Source: a virus (taxonomy: Duplodnaviria > Caudoviricetes). From it: DNA of 51,938 nt. Shown here in pieces: positions 17,523-27,978 of the stretch. The DNA is taken from positions 1-51,938 of IMG/VR virus record IMGVR_UViG_3300026320_000008; one strand, written 5' to 3'. Within the stretch, counting starts at the first letter, position 1. Each line of letters begins with the position of its first letter. The position numbers and the translations under genes were made by a program. Under the pieces are notes generated by a model, which was not told the origin of the DNA, made no database searches, and was given only the letters and a program-made list of their open reading frames with translations.

Positions 17523-19949
17523 ATGGCACTACAACAACAACCAGTTCCTACCGTTGAAAATCATTTTATCGCTGGACTGAAAACAGAATACACCGGCTTA
17601 AACTTTCCTGTAAACGCAGCTACTGATACACAGAACTGCGTTTATACTTTAATTGGAGATGTTGAACGTCGTGGAGGTATCAACTACGAATCTAACTTTG
17701 CTCTGAATAGTATCAATGCAGCTGGAGGAGTTGCAAGATCTTCTTTTAGATGGTTGAATGCAGGTGGCGATGGAACAAGTCAGATATTGGTACAACAGAT
17801 TGGAAACAATCTACATTTCTGGAAATCGAGTTCAGCTACTCTAAGTAGTCCTTTATCGACCACTCGTCTACCTTCTGTAGTAAATCTTCTCGGATTTAGA
17901 GCGGATAACACAATTAATCCAGTATTTCAAGAATGTCAGTATGCAATGGGCAATGGATACTTGTTTGTATTTCATCCCAATTGTGATCCTTTTTATTGTA
18001 TCTTTAACAATAATCTTGTAACTGCAAATGTAATAACTCTGCAAATGAGAGATTTTGTTGGTATACCAGAAACAGGAGTCGCTGATAACTTTAGACCTAG
18101 TACTCTGAATGATGAACACAAATATAACTTAATCAATCAAGGATGGACACAAGGATCTGGTTGGACAGGTATTACTACATACAAAGGTCAAATTCCTTTG
18201 AATGATCAGAATACTGGACCTCAAACTATAACTTTTACATTGATTTCACAAAGTAGTACATCCGTTGTAACTATTGGAAGTCAAGTTCAAATGGATGTGA
18301 ATCCTTGTTCAAAGACTGGCCCCAACAATAACAATCTCACTGGAAAAGTTACGTTAACAGGTGTTGTTACGGCCTATACAACTCCTTCCATAACTGTTAA
18401 TTTTAATAGTAATAACAACCATCCTTTGAATCAAACAGGCTTTTGGCAAGGCGGTAATTTCTTTGATACTGCAGCCAATGTAAATATGTCTTTGATTAAC
18501 GTAGGTTTTATCAATACTTGGTTTGCTGCTGTTGGAAACTATCCTTCTAATTCGGATATATGGTGGTTGTATAAAAAGACTGATAATTCTTTTGATCCTT
18601 TAACAACACTAGCTAATGTTCAAGCAGTACAGTCTCCAGCTCCTAAAGGATCTTTCGTATTAAGTGTTTTCAATCAAGATCGTTCTTCAGCATCTAGTAT
18701 TCCTGGTCTCACGCCAATAACAACTGTGTCGCGACCAAGTACAGGAGCTTTCTATCAAGGAAGAGTTTGGTATTCAGGTATCAATGCTTTTGATCCTGCG
18801 ATTGGAGACGCTCCCAATACGACATGGACTGAAACTGTATATTTCTCACAGATAGTAGAGAGTCCTCTTAATTTTGGAAGATGTTATGAAAACAATGATC
18901 CCACTTCACAGAATCTGTTTTCATTACTTCCTTCAGATGGAGGAACAATAACTATTCCAGGATCAGGAGCGATCTATAAACTATTCCCATTAAGGTTTGG
19001 TTTACTTGTATTTGCTGCTAACGGTATATGGTTTATAAGTGGTAGTTCAGGTATTGGATTTACAGCTAGTGATTTCAATGTAACAAAGATATCCAATATA
19101 CAAGCTATATCTGGTTCTTCATTTGTTGAGATGCAGGGTTATCCAATGTTTTGGAACCAAGAAGGAATATATCATGTTCTTCCTGCAGCAACATCAGGTT
19201 CAGCACATAGTCCTGACATTCAATTGGATGTTCAAAATCTATGTCTCGGAACTATTTTATCCTATTACAATAATATTCCATTGATTAGTAAACCTTTTGC
19301 GAGAGGAGACTATGATCAATTAAGTTATATTGTTCAGTGGTGTTTTAGAAGTACCAACGAGTCTGGAATAAACAATAGATATAATTATGATACTATATTA
19401 AATTACAATGTAGTTACTAAAGCTTTTTATCCTTTTACATTGCCTGCAAGTAGTTCACAAGTAAATGATATTAAATATATCCAGAATCCAGGTGGAAGCG
19501 GGGCTCCTGCTCCAATACTTAAATATATTGTTTCTGTAGGTTCAAAGATAACGTTTGCAGAAGAGAATGATTTCAGTACTTACAGAGATTTTATTAGCGA
19601 GAACAATACTGGATATAACTTCATCAGTTATTTCTTTTCCGGTTATAATTCAGCAGGTAAGTTTTTAACTAAGTTTCAGACGCCATATGTATATATGTTC
19701 TCTCGAAATCCTTCGAGTAACTCTTACGGTATAGCTGCTGTTTGGGATTATGCTGGAAGCGGTTTAACGGGCAAATGGAGCACAAGACAAATAAAAAGCA
19801 ACTCTCCCAATAACTTTTTTAATATGTATCATAAAATAAGGCTTAGGGGCAGAGGATTAGCAATGCAAATTCATGTAACATCTGTAGACGGTAAACCTTT
19901 CGATTTGATGGGTTGGAGCGTCTGGAGTGAAACCAATATAAACATATGA
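17523..19949 (+). CDS. Tail tubular protein B (nozzle)
   Basis: 808 aa; FIAGLKTE, AFYQGRVWY and C-terminal KIRLRGRG...FDLMGW. Confidence 0.8.
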   Translation: MALQQQPVPTVENHFIAGLKTEYTGLNFPVNAATDTQNCVYTLIGDVERRGGINYESNFALNSINAAGGVARSSFRWLNAGGDGTSQILVQQIGNNLHFWKSSSATLSSPLSTTRLPSVVNLLGFRADNTINPVFQECQYAMGNGYLFVFHPNCDPFYCIFNNNLVTANVITLQMRDFVGIPETGVADNFRPSTLNDEHKYNLINQGWTQGSGWTGITTYKGQIPLNDQNTGPQTITFTLISQSSTSVVTIGSQVQMDVNPCSKTGPNNNNLTGKVTLTGVVTAYTTPSITVNFNSNNNHPLNQTGFWQGGNFFDTAANVNMSLINVGFINTWFAAVGNYPSNSDIWWLYKKTDNSFDPLTTLANVQAVQSPAPKGSFVLSVFNQDRSSASSIPGLTPITTVSRPSTGAFYQGRVWYSGINAFDPAIGDAPNTTWTETVYFSQIVESPLNFGRCYENNDPTSQNLFSLLPSDGGTITIPGSGAIYKLFPLRFGLLVFAANGIWFISGSSGIGFTASDFNVTKISNIQAISGSSFVEMQGYPMFWNQEGIYHVLPAATSGSAHSPDIQLDVQNLCLGTILSYYNNIPLISKPFARGDYDQLSYIVQWCFRSTNESGINNRYNYDTILNYNVVTKAFYPFTLPASSSQVNDIKYIQNPGGSGAPAPILKYIVSVGSKITFAEENDFSTYRDFISENNTGYNFISYFFSGYNSAGKFLTKFQTPYVYMFSRNPSSNSYGIAAVWDYAGSGLTGKWSTRQIKSNSPNNFFNMYHKIRLRGRGLAMQIHVTSVDGKPFDLMGWSVWSETNINI

Positions 19950-20248
19950 TTAATACTTCAAATAATAAAGTCATAATGCTCGAAAAGATACCTGGAGAGA
20001 CATATACCAGATCTGAGAAGGGTGAAAAGGAATATAAATACTTCTTAACAGATGTTCCTTTGCATGCTATTCAAGATGAATCTACTAGTCTCTGGACTAT
20101 GAGATATAATGCTCCAGCTAAACTTCCTCCGGCTTTACAAGGATTACAATTCACAACCTTCACAAGTTTACGAAAACATGCTGAAGCTTATTTCAGACTT
20201 CGTAACATAAGAATTAAAGATATAATAGAGAATATAGATAATGGTTAG
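19946..20248 (+). CDS. Hypothetical protein
   Basis: 100 aa, ATGA overlap. Confidence 0.6.
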   Translation: MINTSNNKVIMLEKIPGETYTRSEKGEKEYKYFLTDVPLHAIQDESTSLWTMRYNAPAKLPPALQGLQFTTFTSLRKHAEAYFRLRNIRIKDIIENIDNG

Positions 20249-20720
20249 TCCTGTTGGAATGGGTATGGAAGCTGCAGGCTTTGGTCTGGAGCTTTATGGA
20301 AGTCTTCAAGCTTCCAAGTATGCTCATCAAGAAGCTCAGATTGAAAAAGATAAACTCGCAAACGAACAACTACAAGATAACACACGTCGTGCTGCAATGG
20401 AGTTGAGTGCCGACAGGCAACAAAAAGAACAAATACGACAAATGCAGGTTAGTCGTTCTATGCAATTGGCTGCTGGACAAGCTTCCGGAGGTCAGTTCAG
20501 TTCAGGACTTGCAGGAGCTCAAGCAGGTACTTCCGGTCAAGGAAATGTAAATAGACTCGGTATTTCACAGAGTCTACAGTTCGGTGAGAAGATGTTTGAT
20601 CTCAACGATATGCTTAACTCTCTTAAGATGAGCGAGGCTGGTATCGAAGGTAAGAAAGCTGATGCTGCCGGTATATCTGCTATTGGCGGTGGCTTGATGA
20701 AGATGGGAAGTATGGTTTAA
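20241..20720 (+). CDS. Internal virion (ejection) protein, T7 gp14-like position
   Basis: A/G/Q-rich with hydrophobic glycine-rich ends; synteny. Confidence 0.65.
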   Translation: MVSPVGMGMEAAGFGLELYGSLQASKYAHQEAQIEKDKLANEQLQDNTRRAAMELSADRQQKEQIRQMQVSRSMQLAAGQASGGQFSSGLAGAQAGTSGQGNVNRLGISQSLQFGEKMFDLNDMLNSLKMSEAGIEGKKADAAGISAIGGGLMKMGSMV

Positions 20721-20723
20721 TGA

Positions 20724-23700
20724 ATGGTCGATGATTATAACAATCCTACAGATGAAGGAGTTTCTTTAAATCCACAACCGGTTGAAGATAAAGGAGTTCC
20801 TCTCGATGATCCCAATAAGCCTCTGCCTCCTGCGATAGCAGCAGACAGAGCTACTAAAGCTACTTTCGGATTAAGAGGAAAAGTAGATAAAGGGTATGAC
20901 GACTATTACAATGCTTTTGTTTCTGGACAAGAGAATCCTATGCGTGAGTACATTGTTAATGCATTGTATGAGCAAGATACTGCACGGAGACAACAGACAG
21001 TAATGGGGATGATGCAACAGAAGGGTGGTTTACTTTCTCAATCAGATCTCGACGATATTACGAGGGCTCATAATTATCCACCAACTGTTATTGAAGATCA
21101 TTATGCCCAAAGGTATATGGATCATCTTAATTGGCCTGTAGGTAAAGAAGAAACTAATTGGCTTAAAGATGCTTACGTTCAGATGCCTGCTGAAGTAGAG
21201 AAAGAAATATCGACAGGTGTTGAAGCTAGAGCGCGTCTCGAGTTCTTTCAAACAATGCAGCAGGATGCTCATGCAAATGCTGAGAAACAGTCATGGCCCA
21301 GCTGGGCTATCGATAGACTTAAAGAAGCATCAGGTCTATATTCTTTTATTAAACAACATGTTCCTGGAACAAGTTGGTTGTCTCTTCCAGGCGATCAACG
21401 TAGAGAAGCTGTAACCAATCTTTGGAATTCTCCTGATTATCGTCAAGAATATTTAAACTTCTACAACACTCTTAAAGCTGATAATCCAGCAATGGCTAAA
21501 GAGTTTGCTGATGATGTTTTAGGTATGACTTCTGATCAACGCTTCTTAGAGAATGTTATGCCTCTCATAAGTATTGAAGGCGGTTTTGCTGGTAAAACGA
21601 TTACAAATATAGGTATGCGTAATCAAATACGTACTGCTGTGCGTCAACAAGTTCTTGCAGGAATTTCAAAAGATAATCCAGAATTAGCTGCTTCACTATC
21701 TGCTGGTAATGTTGCAGAAGCAACTATTCAAAGAACTTGGGGAAGTATTATTAAGAGAGCTCGACGAGCAGATCCTCTTCAAGATGCATTAGATGATCTT
21801 CCATATCTCTTTAAATTAGGTCGTGAGAACATTGCTCAAGAAGCACAGCAATATCGAAGTGTTGGTATGGATCTTGCAGGTTCTCAACAACTGTTGGATA
21901 AGTATGATGAACTCATACGTACTTTTCCACAAATGATGTCTGATCTTACGCATGCTGAACGTATCCCTGCATTAGCAGAGAGGTATCGTCCAGCAATGGA
22001 AGCTGCACAACAGCAAGTCATCGACAATAATAAAACTCTTGCTTCGCGTATATGGAATCTCAGTGAACCTTGGTATAATCCAATTACCAAGAGTTGGTTT
22101 GTAGATGCATTCTTTGGAAAGAACAGTCAGGAACCTTTCGGAAGTCTCGGACATGCAGGTAGAGTCGCTAAAGAAAACGGACTGACTGGACATGATTATG
22201 TCGGTGAACCTATTGCACGATTACATGGACCACCGGCTCCAATTGATCTCGCCAAAAGAATTGCAGACAACAAAGTAATCTTCGAAGAACTGCGTAAAAT
22301 CATGGCGGCTCCTCGTTGGTCATCCCGTGCTGCAAAGTCTTTCGGAGGTAAGACACGATCTCAAATTATGAAGGAAGCTACAGATGTAGGAGCTCAAATT
22401 CAAGGAGATGAAGCTCTCTTGGCAAGCGGAGTAACTAAGTTTGCTCCTCCTCCTGGAACTTCTTTAGGACAAGCAGGTTCAGGTTTTTACATTCGTAAAG
22501 CATTTCCTGTTGACGAAACAGCTCCAGGGATGCGTCAGTATTATGCAAAGTTATCTACAGACTTAACACCTACTGGAGGTGTTCTTAATTCTTTCTTGAG
22601 TCGGCTTAGGACTCCCAATGAAACTCTCTCAGACTGGATGACTCGAAATAGAGAAGTTGCTACATTCGCTTCTTCGCGTATAGAAAAGTATGTTTTCGAT
22701 CAAGCAGAAGAGATTCGTAAACTTGCTCCCAACATTCCTTTTGGTACAAATAAGAAAGCAGTATGGGATGACTTTGAACGTGTAGTAAATGCTGCGCGAG
22801 AAGTCAGAGATCCTACAAATGGTAAAATAGGTTATACGTTTAAAACTGTAGGTGAACTTCAGATGAAGTATATGGAATGGATCCATCGTCTACCTACTGA
22901 TCCTGAAGTAGCCGCTTACTTTGCTTTCAAACGTATTCAAGAGATTGATCATGCTCTTCGTGTTATCGATATTGTAAGTAACAAATATCGCAACGGAGTT
23001 ATGTCGCATCGTATGTTCACAATCAAAGATGGTGAGCAAGTATATTCACCTGAGTTTGATGCTAAATCTCATGCTGAATTTCCTTCGGGACACACGAGCG
23101 ATACTATTGCAATCATTGGGGATGACGGTAAAGCAAAAGTAACTAAGATTGGAAAACTAAACAATCTTCAAAAAGCAAGATACGACTGGCAAGTCAAAAG
23201 CGGCGCTATGAAAGCAGCACGCGTTTACGCTCCCACTCAGAATCCTCTTGCTGGTTATGCAGGTATCAAAGATACAGATCACATCATCTGGGTGATGACC
23301 AAGAACATTGAAAACAAAGCTCTTGACTGGCAGAAGCAACTTCCTTGGCGCGGTGGTGGACATTTTATTTCCAAATGGGATAACTATATCAAACAGATTG
23401 ATGTAAAAACAGAAAACATCGATGGAGAGAAGTTCTATCATGGTGTTGGTGTTAATACACTCATGCCTGTTATCAATGGAGCTGAAGGACGTGCCATCAT
23501 TGGTCACATAGAGAAAGTCAGACAGTTCTTAAGAAGTGCTACTCCTGCTAATCTAGCTGCTGCCAAAGACATCGTTGAGAATACCATGAAGATGGATTGG
23601 AAAGAGGTCTACGGTTGGTTTAGACCTACTGCTACGAGAGGTCCAGGTGGTCAAATGGTTGCAGGGGCTAAACCTCTATTCAGTCTCACAGAACCATTTC

Positions 23701-25841
23701 AAATGGTAAGAGCCAATCAGAATCTCATGAACATTGATAAAGCTGGTTTGCTTTCTCGGTATCCTGAAGGTAGGTTTACTGATGCTACAAAGCATGGAGA
23801 TATGAGTTTACAACATCTTACTGAGTTTTCTCAGGAGCGCGATCGTGATACTCTCATGACTTTGAATAATAAAGGTTCCATATCTAATCCCGCTTACAAT
23901 TGGGAACCTGCTCCATTGCTCGATGCTATTCCTACAATGGATAGAGCAATGACTAAGATTGCCAATACGACAATCATGAACGACATGAAGACACAGGCTA
24001 TAGAAACTTGGGTTCGTGAAGCTCGTGAAGGACTCTTGGCAAGCGGTCTCACTGAAAGTGAATTACAAGCTTCACCGTTATATTGGTTTCACCACGGAGA
24101 ACTCGGAAGAGGCTGGGATCCTATACGTGCACGAGAACTTGAAACAGCTCGCATGCAGATTAAACAATTCGTTGGGCAGGTATCTGAAACCGATGCGATA
24201 ACGCATGCGTGGAGTCAGAAACTTGTTGACGCTACCTATGAACGTTTCCCTGGAGCTACTCGTTGGTTATCCGATAAAGGATACGATGCTACATGGACAG
24301 CACATCAGCTCTCTGATCCGACAAGATTACTAAGGTCAATGACATTCCATCTTAAGATGGGATTGTTTTCTATTCCGCAGCTATTAGTCCAAGGACAAAC
24401 CTATACAAACATATTGGGTATTGCAGGTCCAACTCGTGCAATGCAAGGAACGACTGCAGCTTTAATGTGGCAGTTCACGAGACGCAATGCAAGCGAAGCT
24501 TTCATAAAAACACTTGACAAACATGCAACGCGATTTGGTTGGGGTGACGGACAGTTCATTGCTGCTCGTAAGGATGCAATGGATACGGGATTTTTTAATG
24601 TCGGTAGAGAATACTCTATGATTGACGATCCCATGTCAAATAAAATGTTCAAGACCGCATGGGGTAAGTTCTTAGATATGGGTGCTTGGCCATTCACAGA
24701 AGGTGAACGTAATGTTCGCGCTGGCGCTTGGTTTACAGCATGGAAAGAATATGCTGAAACCTCCGGTAAGACAGTTATGAATAATACAGACAAGCTCAAG
24801 ATTCTTGATAGAGCTAGTCTTCTCAACGGTAATATGAATCGCGCATCCAATGCTCTTTATCAACGAGGGTGGGGGGCTTTCCCAACACAATTCTTTACAT
24901 ACACAATTCGTCAAGCTGAATTGATGTGGGGTAAGCGTCTCACTCCTCTTGAAAAAGGACGGTTGTTAATAACCAATGCTATGATGTACGGATTACCTGT
25001 TGGTCTCGGGATCACTGGTATTCCTTCAGATGTTCTACGTCAGAACATGATTCAGAATGGATACACGCCAGGTCAGAATCAAGTTGAATCCTTCTTTACA
25101 GAAGGTGCTATATCGCAATTAATTGATTCTATGACCGGTACGTATTACAACGTTGGTGAACGTTTAGGTACGACTGGTGCTACTCCCGTCTATGATCTTC
25201 TTTATGGAGACAAACCAACATGGGAGATGGTTATGGGAGCTTCTGGTTCTACACTTGCAAGTGTCTTTGAATCCTTTAATCCCTTCTATCAGAAGGTCAT
25301 GTCTACCTTTAGAGGTGATCCAGGTGGATTCAACATCATGGCTGAACATTATGCTCAGATAGCCAAGGAAGCAGGAAGCTTTAACAATACGTGGAGATCT
25401 TATATAGCCGCCGCAACGGGCAGGCTTATAACTAAGAAAGGTGAAACCTTATCTGGCAAGATGGATTTGTTTTCATCTATCTTAATGGGAACTACAGGTC
25501 TTCAACCTCAAGAAGCTACCGATATGTATCTCATGTCTGCTGCTGCAAAGGCTGAAAAGGAAACACAACAGTGGGCTGAAAAGAGGTTTATTGAAGAATA
25601 TCATAGAGGTCTTGAAGCTTACGATAACAAAGATATCTCCAACGGTAATGCCTTTATGGCAAATGCTTTTGCTTATTCAGATATGTTTGCTCCTGAAGAA
25701 GATAAGCCTGCATGGATGGCTCGCGCATCGAAAGGTTGGGAAACAATAATTGATAGAACTAAAGAATCGTTTGGTACTAAACATGTTCCGCCACAACTCA
25801 AAGACGTTCGTCGTAATCAATACATTCAAGGATTAAAATAA
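20724..25841 (+). CDS. Large internal virion (ejection) protein
   Basis: 1705 aa, mostly helical, after the tail genes. Confidence 0.7.
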   Translation: MVDDYNNPTDEGVSLNPQPVEDKGVPLDDPNKPLPPAIAADRATKATFGLRGKVDKGYDDYYNAFVSGQENPMREYIVNALYEQDTARRQQTVMGMMQQKGGLLSQSDLDDITRAHNYPPTVIEDHYAQRYMDHLNWPVGKEETNWLKDAYVQMPAEVEKEISTGVEARARLEFFQTMQQDAHANAEKQSWPSWAIDRLKEASGLYSFIKQHVPGTSWLSLPGDQRREAVTNLWNSPDYRQEYLNFYNTLKADNPAMAKEFADDVLGMTSDQRFLENVMPLISIEGGFAGKTITNIGMRNQIRTAVRQQVLAGISKDNPELAASLSAGNVAEATIQRTWGSIIKRARRADPLQDALDDLPYLFKLGRENIAQEAQQYRSVGMDLAGSQQLLDKYDELIRTFPQMMSDLTHAERIPALAERYRPAMEAAQQQVIDNNKTLASRIWNLSEPWYNPITKSWFVDAFFGKNSQEPFGSLGHAGRVAKENGLTGHDYVGEPIARLHGPPAPIDLAKRIADNKVIFEELRKIMAAPRWSSRAAKSFGGKTRSQIMKEATDVGAQIQGDEALLASGVTKFAPPPGTSLGQAGSGFYIRKAFPVDETAPGMRQYYAKLSTDLTPTGGVLNSFLSRLRTPNETLSDWMTRNREVATFASSRIEKYVFDQAEEIRKLAPNIPFGTNKKAVWDDFERVVNAAREVRDPTNGKIGYTFKTVGELQMKYMEWIHRLPTDPEVAAYFAFKRIQEIDHALRVIDIVSNKYRNGVMSHRMFTIKDGEQVYSPEFDAKSHAEFPSGHTSDTIAIIGDDGKAKVTKIGKLNNLQKARYDWQVKSGAMKAARVYAPTQNPLAGYAGIKDTDHIIWVMTKNIENKALDWQKQLPWRGGGHFISKWDNYIKQIDVKTENIDGEKFYHGVGVNTLMPVINGAEGRAIIGHIEKVRQFLRSATPANLAAAKDIVENTMKMDWKEVYGWFRPTATRGPGGQMVAGAKPLFSLTEPFQMVRANQNLMNIDKAGLLSRYPEGRFTDATKHGDMSLQHLTEFSQERDRDTLMTLNNKGSISNPAYNWEPAPLLDAIPTMDRAMTKIANTTIMNDMKTQAIETWVREAREGLLASGLTESELQASPLYWFHHGELGRGWDPIRARELETARMQIKQFVGQVSETDAITHAWSQKLVDATYERFPGATRWLSDKGYDATWTAHQLSDPTRLLRSMTFHLKMGLFSIPQLLVQGQTYTNILGIAGPTRAMQGTTAALMWQFTRRNASEAFIKTLDKHATRFGWGDGQFIAARKDAMDTGFFNVGREYSMIDDPMSNKMFKTAWGKFLDMGAWPFTEGERNVRAGAWFTAWKEYAETSGKTVMNNTDKLKILDRASLLNGNMNRASNALYQRGWGAFPTQFFTYTIRQAELMWGKRLTPLEKGRLLITNAMMYGLPVGLGITGIPSDVLRQNMIQNGYTPGQNQVESFFTEGAISQLIDSMTGTYYNVGERLGTTGATPVYDLLYGDKPTWEMVMGASGSTLASVFESFNPFYQKVMSTFRGDPGGFNIMAEHYAQIAKEAGSFNNTWRSYIAAATGRLITKKGETLSGKMDLFSSILMGTTGLQPQEATDMYLMSAAAKAEKETQQWAEKRFIEEYHRGLEAYDNKDISNGNAFMANAFAYSDMFAPEEDKPAWMARASKGWETIIDRTKESFGTKHVPPQLKDVRRNQYIQGLK

Positions 25842-25842
25842 T

Positions 25843-27978
25843 ATGGTAGATTTAACATCTTTCGAACCGAGACCTACGCGAGAAGATAATTGGTTGGGGT
25901 GGTCTAGAGCAGGGCAACAACCTCGTGGTGATCAAGGGGGAGAGATTGCTGGTAAAGCGATTGGGAGTGCTCTTGAGAATGTAGGAAAAATAGGCGGAGA
26001 CATTACAAAAGCTTACGCTAAGTCTGGTGCTGAAGATATTCTTAATGAAGATACAGCCCGGCTTGAAGGTATTGCAGGGAGTCTGGGAATAGATCAAGGA
26101 AGTCTTTTGGGAGCTCGAGGGCAAGCGGATGATCCTAATAAAGCTCCTCAAGAAGTAATGAATGCCGGAACAACTATTGAAAATCTGCAGTCCAGTAAAG
26201 CGAATGGCGCTATGTCGAACACCTATATGGATGCAAGAATTTTACAGTTTCAAAAAGATACTCGTTCAAAATTTCCATTCTTCAGAGCGCAGTTTGACGA
26301 AGGAGTCAGGGAAGCAACTGGCGTAGCACATACAGCCAATGAATATCATCAAAAGCTTTTAGGAGATATTAACAGTTTTCTAACGGGTAAAGATAAATAT
26401 AAAGATATGGCTTTGACTGAAATCAAGTCACGTATGGGTGGTTCTGTTGCCGGTGTAACAGCTGATGTAGCTATGGCTAGAGTTCACAGTGGAGAATGGA
26501 CTCCCGATCAAGGACTTCAATGGTCCAATAAAGTTCAAGCAAATGAATGGCAACATACTCAGAATATGAATAGCTTGAATGAGGAAAAAGCAGTCAGAGA
26601 AAATTACTCGGAACGAGCTGTTCCTATTGCTCAAAATAGAGTTAATGCTGCTGTGAATGAACTTCAAATGGCTGCTGCTGAAAGTGTCGGACTTAAAACG
26701 ACTCAAGACATGTTGGATTATTTAGCGCATCCTGAGCAACACACTCCACAAGAGTATCAAAAAGTTGCACAAGCTTATGGAGCTCTTCATCCTAAAATAA
26801 GTCGAGAGATTGATACGAGACTTTATGGTCCCGTTAAAGATTCAAAAGGAAACATTGTTAACGGTCCGGATGGTAAACCTTTACCAGCTTTAGCTTCACA
26901 TCTTAAACCAGAAGAGATTCAAAAGATCCGTACTTCAGCTTTACAACAATTCAAAGATGGTGAGTCTTTTATCACGCAGGGTGACTTCGGTGGTTTGAGT
27001 TATTGGAATAGATCCATGCATATTGCGGAAACATCTATGAGATACGATCTGGATAAATCTTCTGCTGGTAATTATGTACGTATGGCTAAAACTCTTAAAG
27101 ATATGGGAGCCGATCAACTTCTCGCAGAATATCAAAAGCAAAGGTTAAGTTCCGGAATTATTCCTGAACTCAGCAGTGCTCTTGATTCTATTATGTTGAA
27201 GAGTTATTTTCCTGATCAACAATCATTGTCACAATCTTCTCCGGGAGCCAAGATATCTTTTCTACAAGCAGATATCAATGAAATGAAGAAACGATACGGA
27301 AGTACTCCAGATGCGTTGAAAGTATTGTTACAAGATATTCCTAAAGTTATAGGTGATTCAAGTGTTCCTGATTCTGTAAAGATTGGAAAGATCCAGCATA
27401 CATTTGATCCGAGAAACGTTAATGTTCTCAACACATGGACGAGAGATGATCGTCCTACTGCCTTCAGAACAATGGTAAGTGAACCTGTTGTTACAGCGAT
27501 TAAAGCACTATCCGATAAACATCCTGAATTACATCTATGGGAAGAGATGAAGTCCAACGCAACGATTCAAGCGAGAAACTTGATTGGCGAAGATGTAAGA
27601 GATCTTTCTAAGAGTCAGTTTAATGAAACGCGAGATCAAATAACTTATGATAATGAACATTATCGCTTTAAATATAATCCTCCTCCAGCTCAGGGACCTG
27701 AAGAAGAGCGTGCTCAATCTGCTATACACAGAATGCTTGGGCGCATCAACACAACGATGCAAGGCATAGCAGCAATTGGTAAAACAGATGAATCTGATCC
27801 CAATGCTTATATTCTTCAATCCCTCAGAGATCTAGGTTATGATCCTCGTGGTAGAGCAGCATCGATATTTCCTGAAGCTTTGTCCAATGCAATCAGAAAG
27901 ACTTATGGAACTGAAGAGTCTAAACGTAACAAAGGTTTGGAAAAACTCAGAGATGCAATGAAACCGGAAACTAAGTAA
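25843..27978 (+). CDS. Internal virion protein
   Basis: 711 aa helical protein; synteny. Confidence 0.65.
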   Translation: MVDLTSFEPRPTREDNWLGWSRAGQQPRGDQGGEIAGKAIGSALENVGKIGGDITKAYAKSGAEDILNEDTARLEGIAGSLGIDQGSLLGARGQADDPNKAPQEVMNAGTTIENLQSSKANGAMSNTYMDARILQFQKDTRSKFPFFRAQFDEGVREATGVAHTANEYHQKLLGDINSFLTGKDKYKDMALTEIKSRMGGSVAGVTADVAMARVHSGEWTPDQGLQWSNKVQANEWQHTQNMNSLNEEKAVRENYSERAVPIAQNRVNAAVNELQMAAAESVGLKTTQDMLDYLAHPEQHTPQEYQKVAQAYGALHPKISREIDTRLYGPVKDSKGNIVNGPDGKPLPALASHLKPEEIQKIRTSALQQFKDGESFITQGDFGGLSYWNRSMHIAETSMRYDLDKSSAGNYVRMAKTLKDMGADQLLAEYQKQRLSSGIIPELSSALDSIMLKSYFPDQQSLSQSSPGAKISFLQADINEMKKRYGSTPDALKVLLQDIPKVIGDSSVPDSVKIGKIQHTFDPRNVNVLNTWTRDDRPTAFRTMVSEPVVTAIKALSDKHPELHLWEEMKSNATIQARNLIGEDVRDLSKSQFNETRDQITYDNEHYRFKYNPPPAQGPEEERAQSAIHRMLGRINTTMQGIAAIGKTDESDPNAYILQSLRDLGYDPRGRAASIFPEALSNAIRKTYGTEESKRNKGLEKLRDAMKPETK

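Noticed and set aside
20724-25841. Virion-encapsidated RNA polymerase (N4-like)
   Set aside because: About half the size of N4 vRNAP and no polymerase motifs recognised
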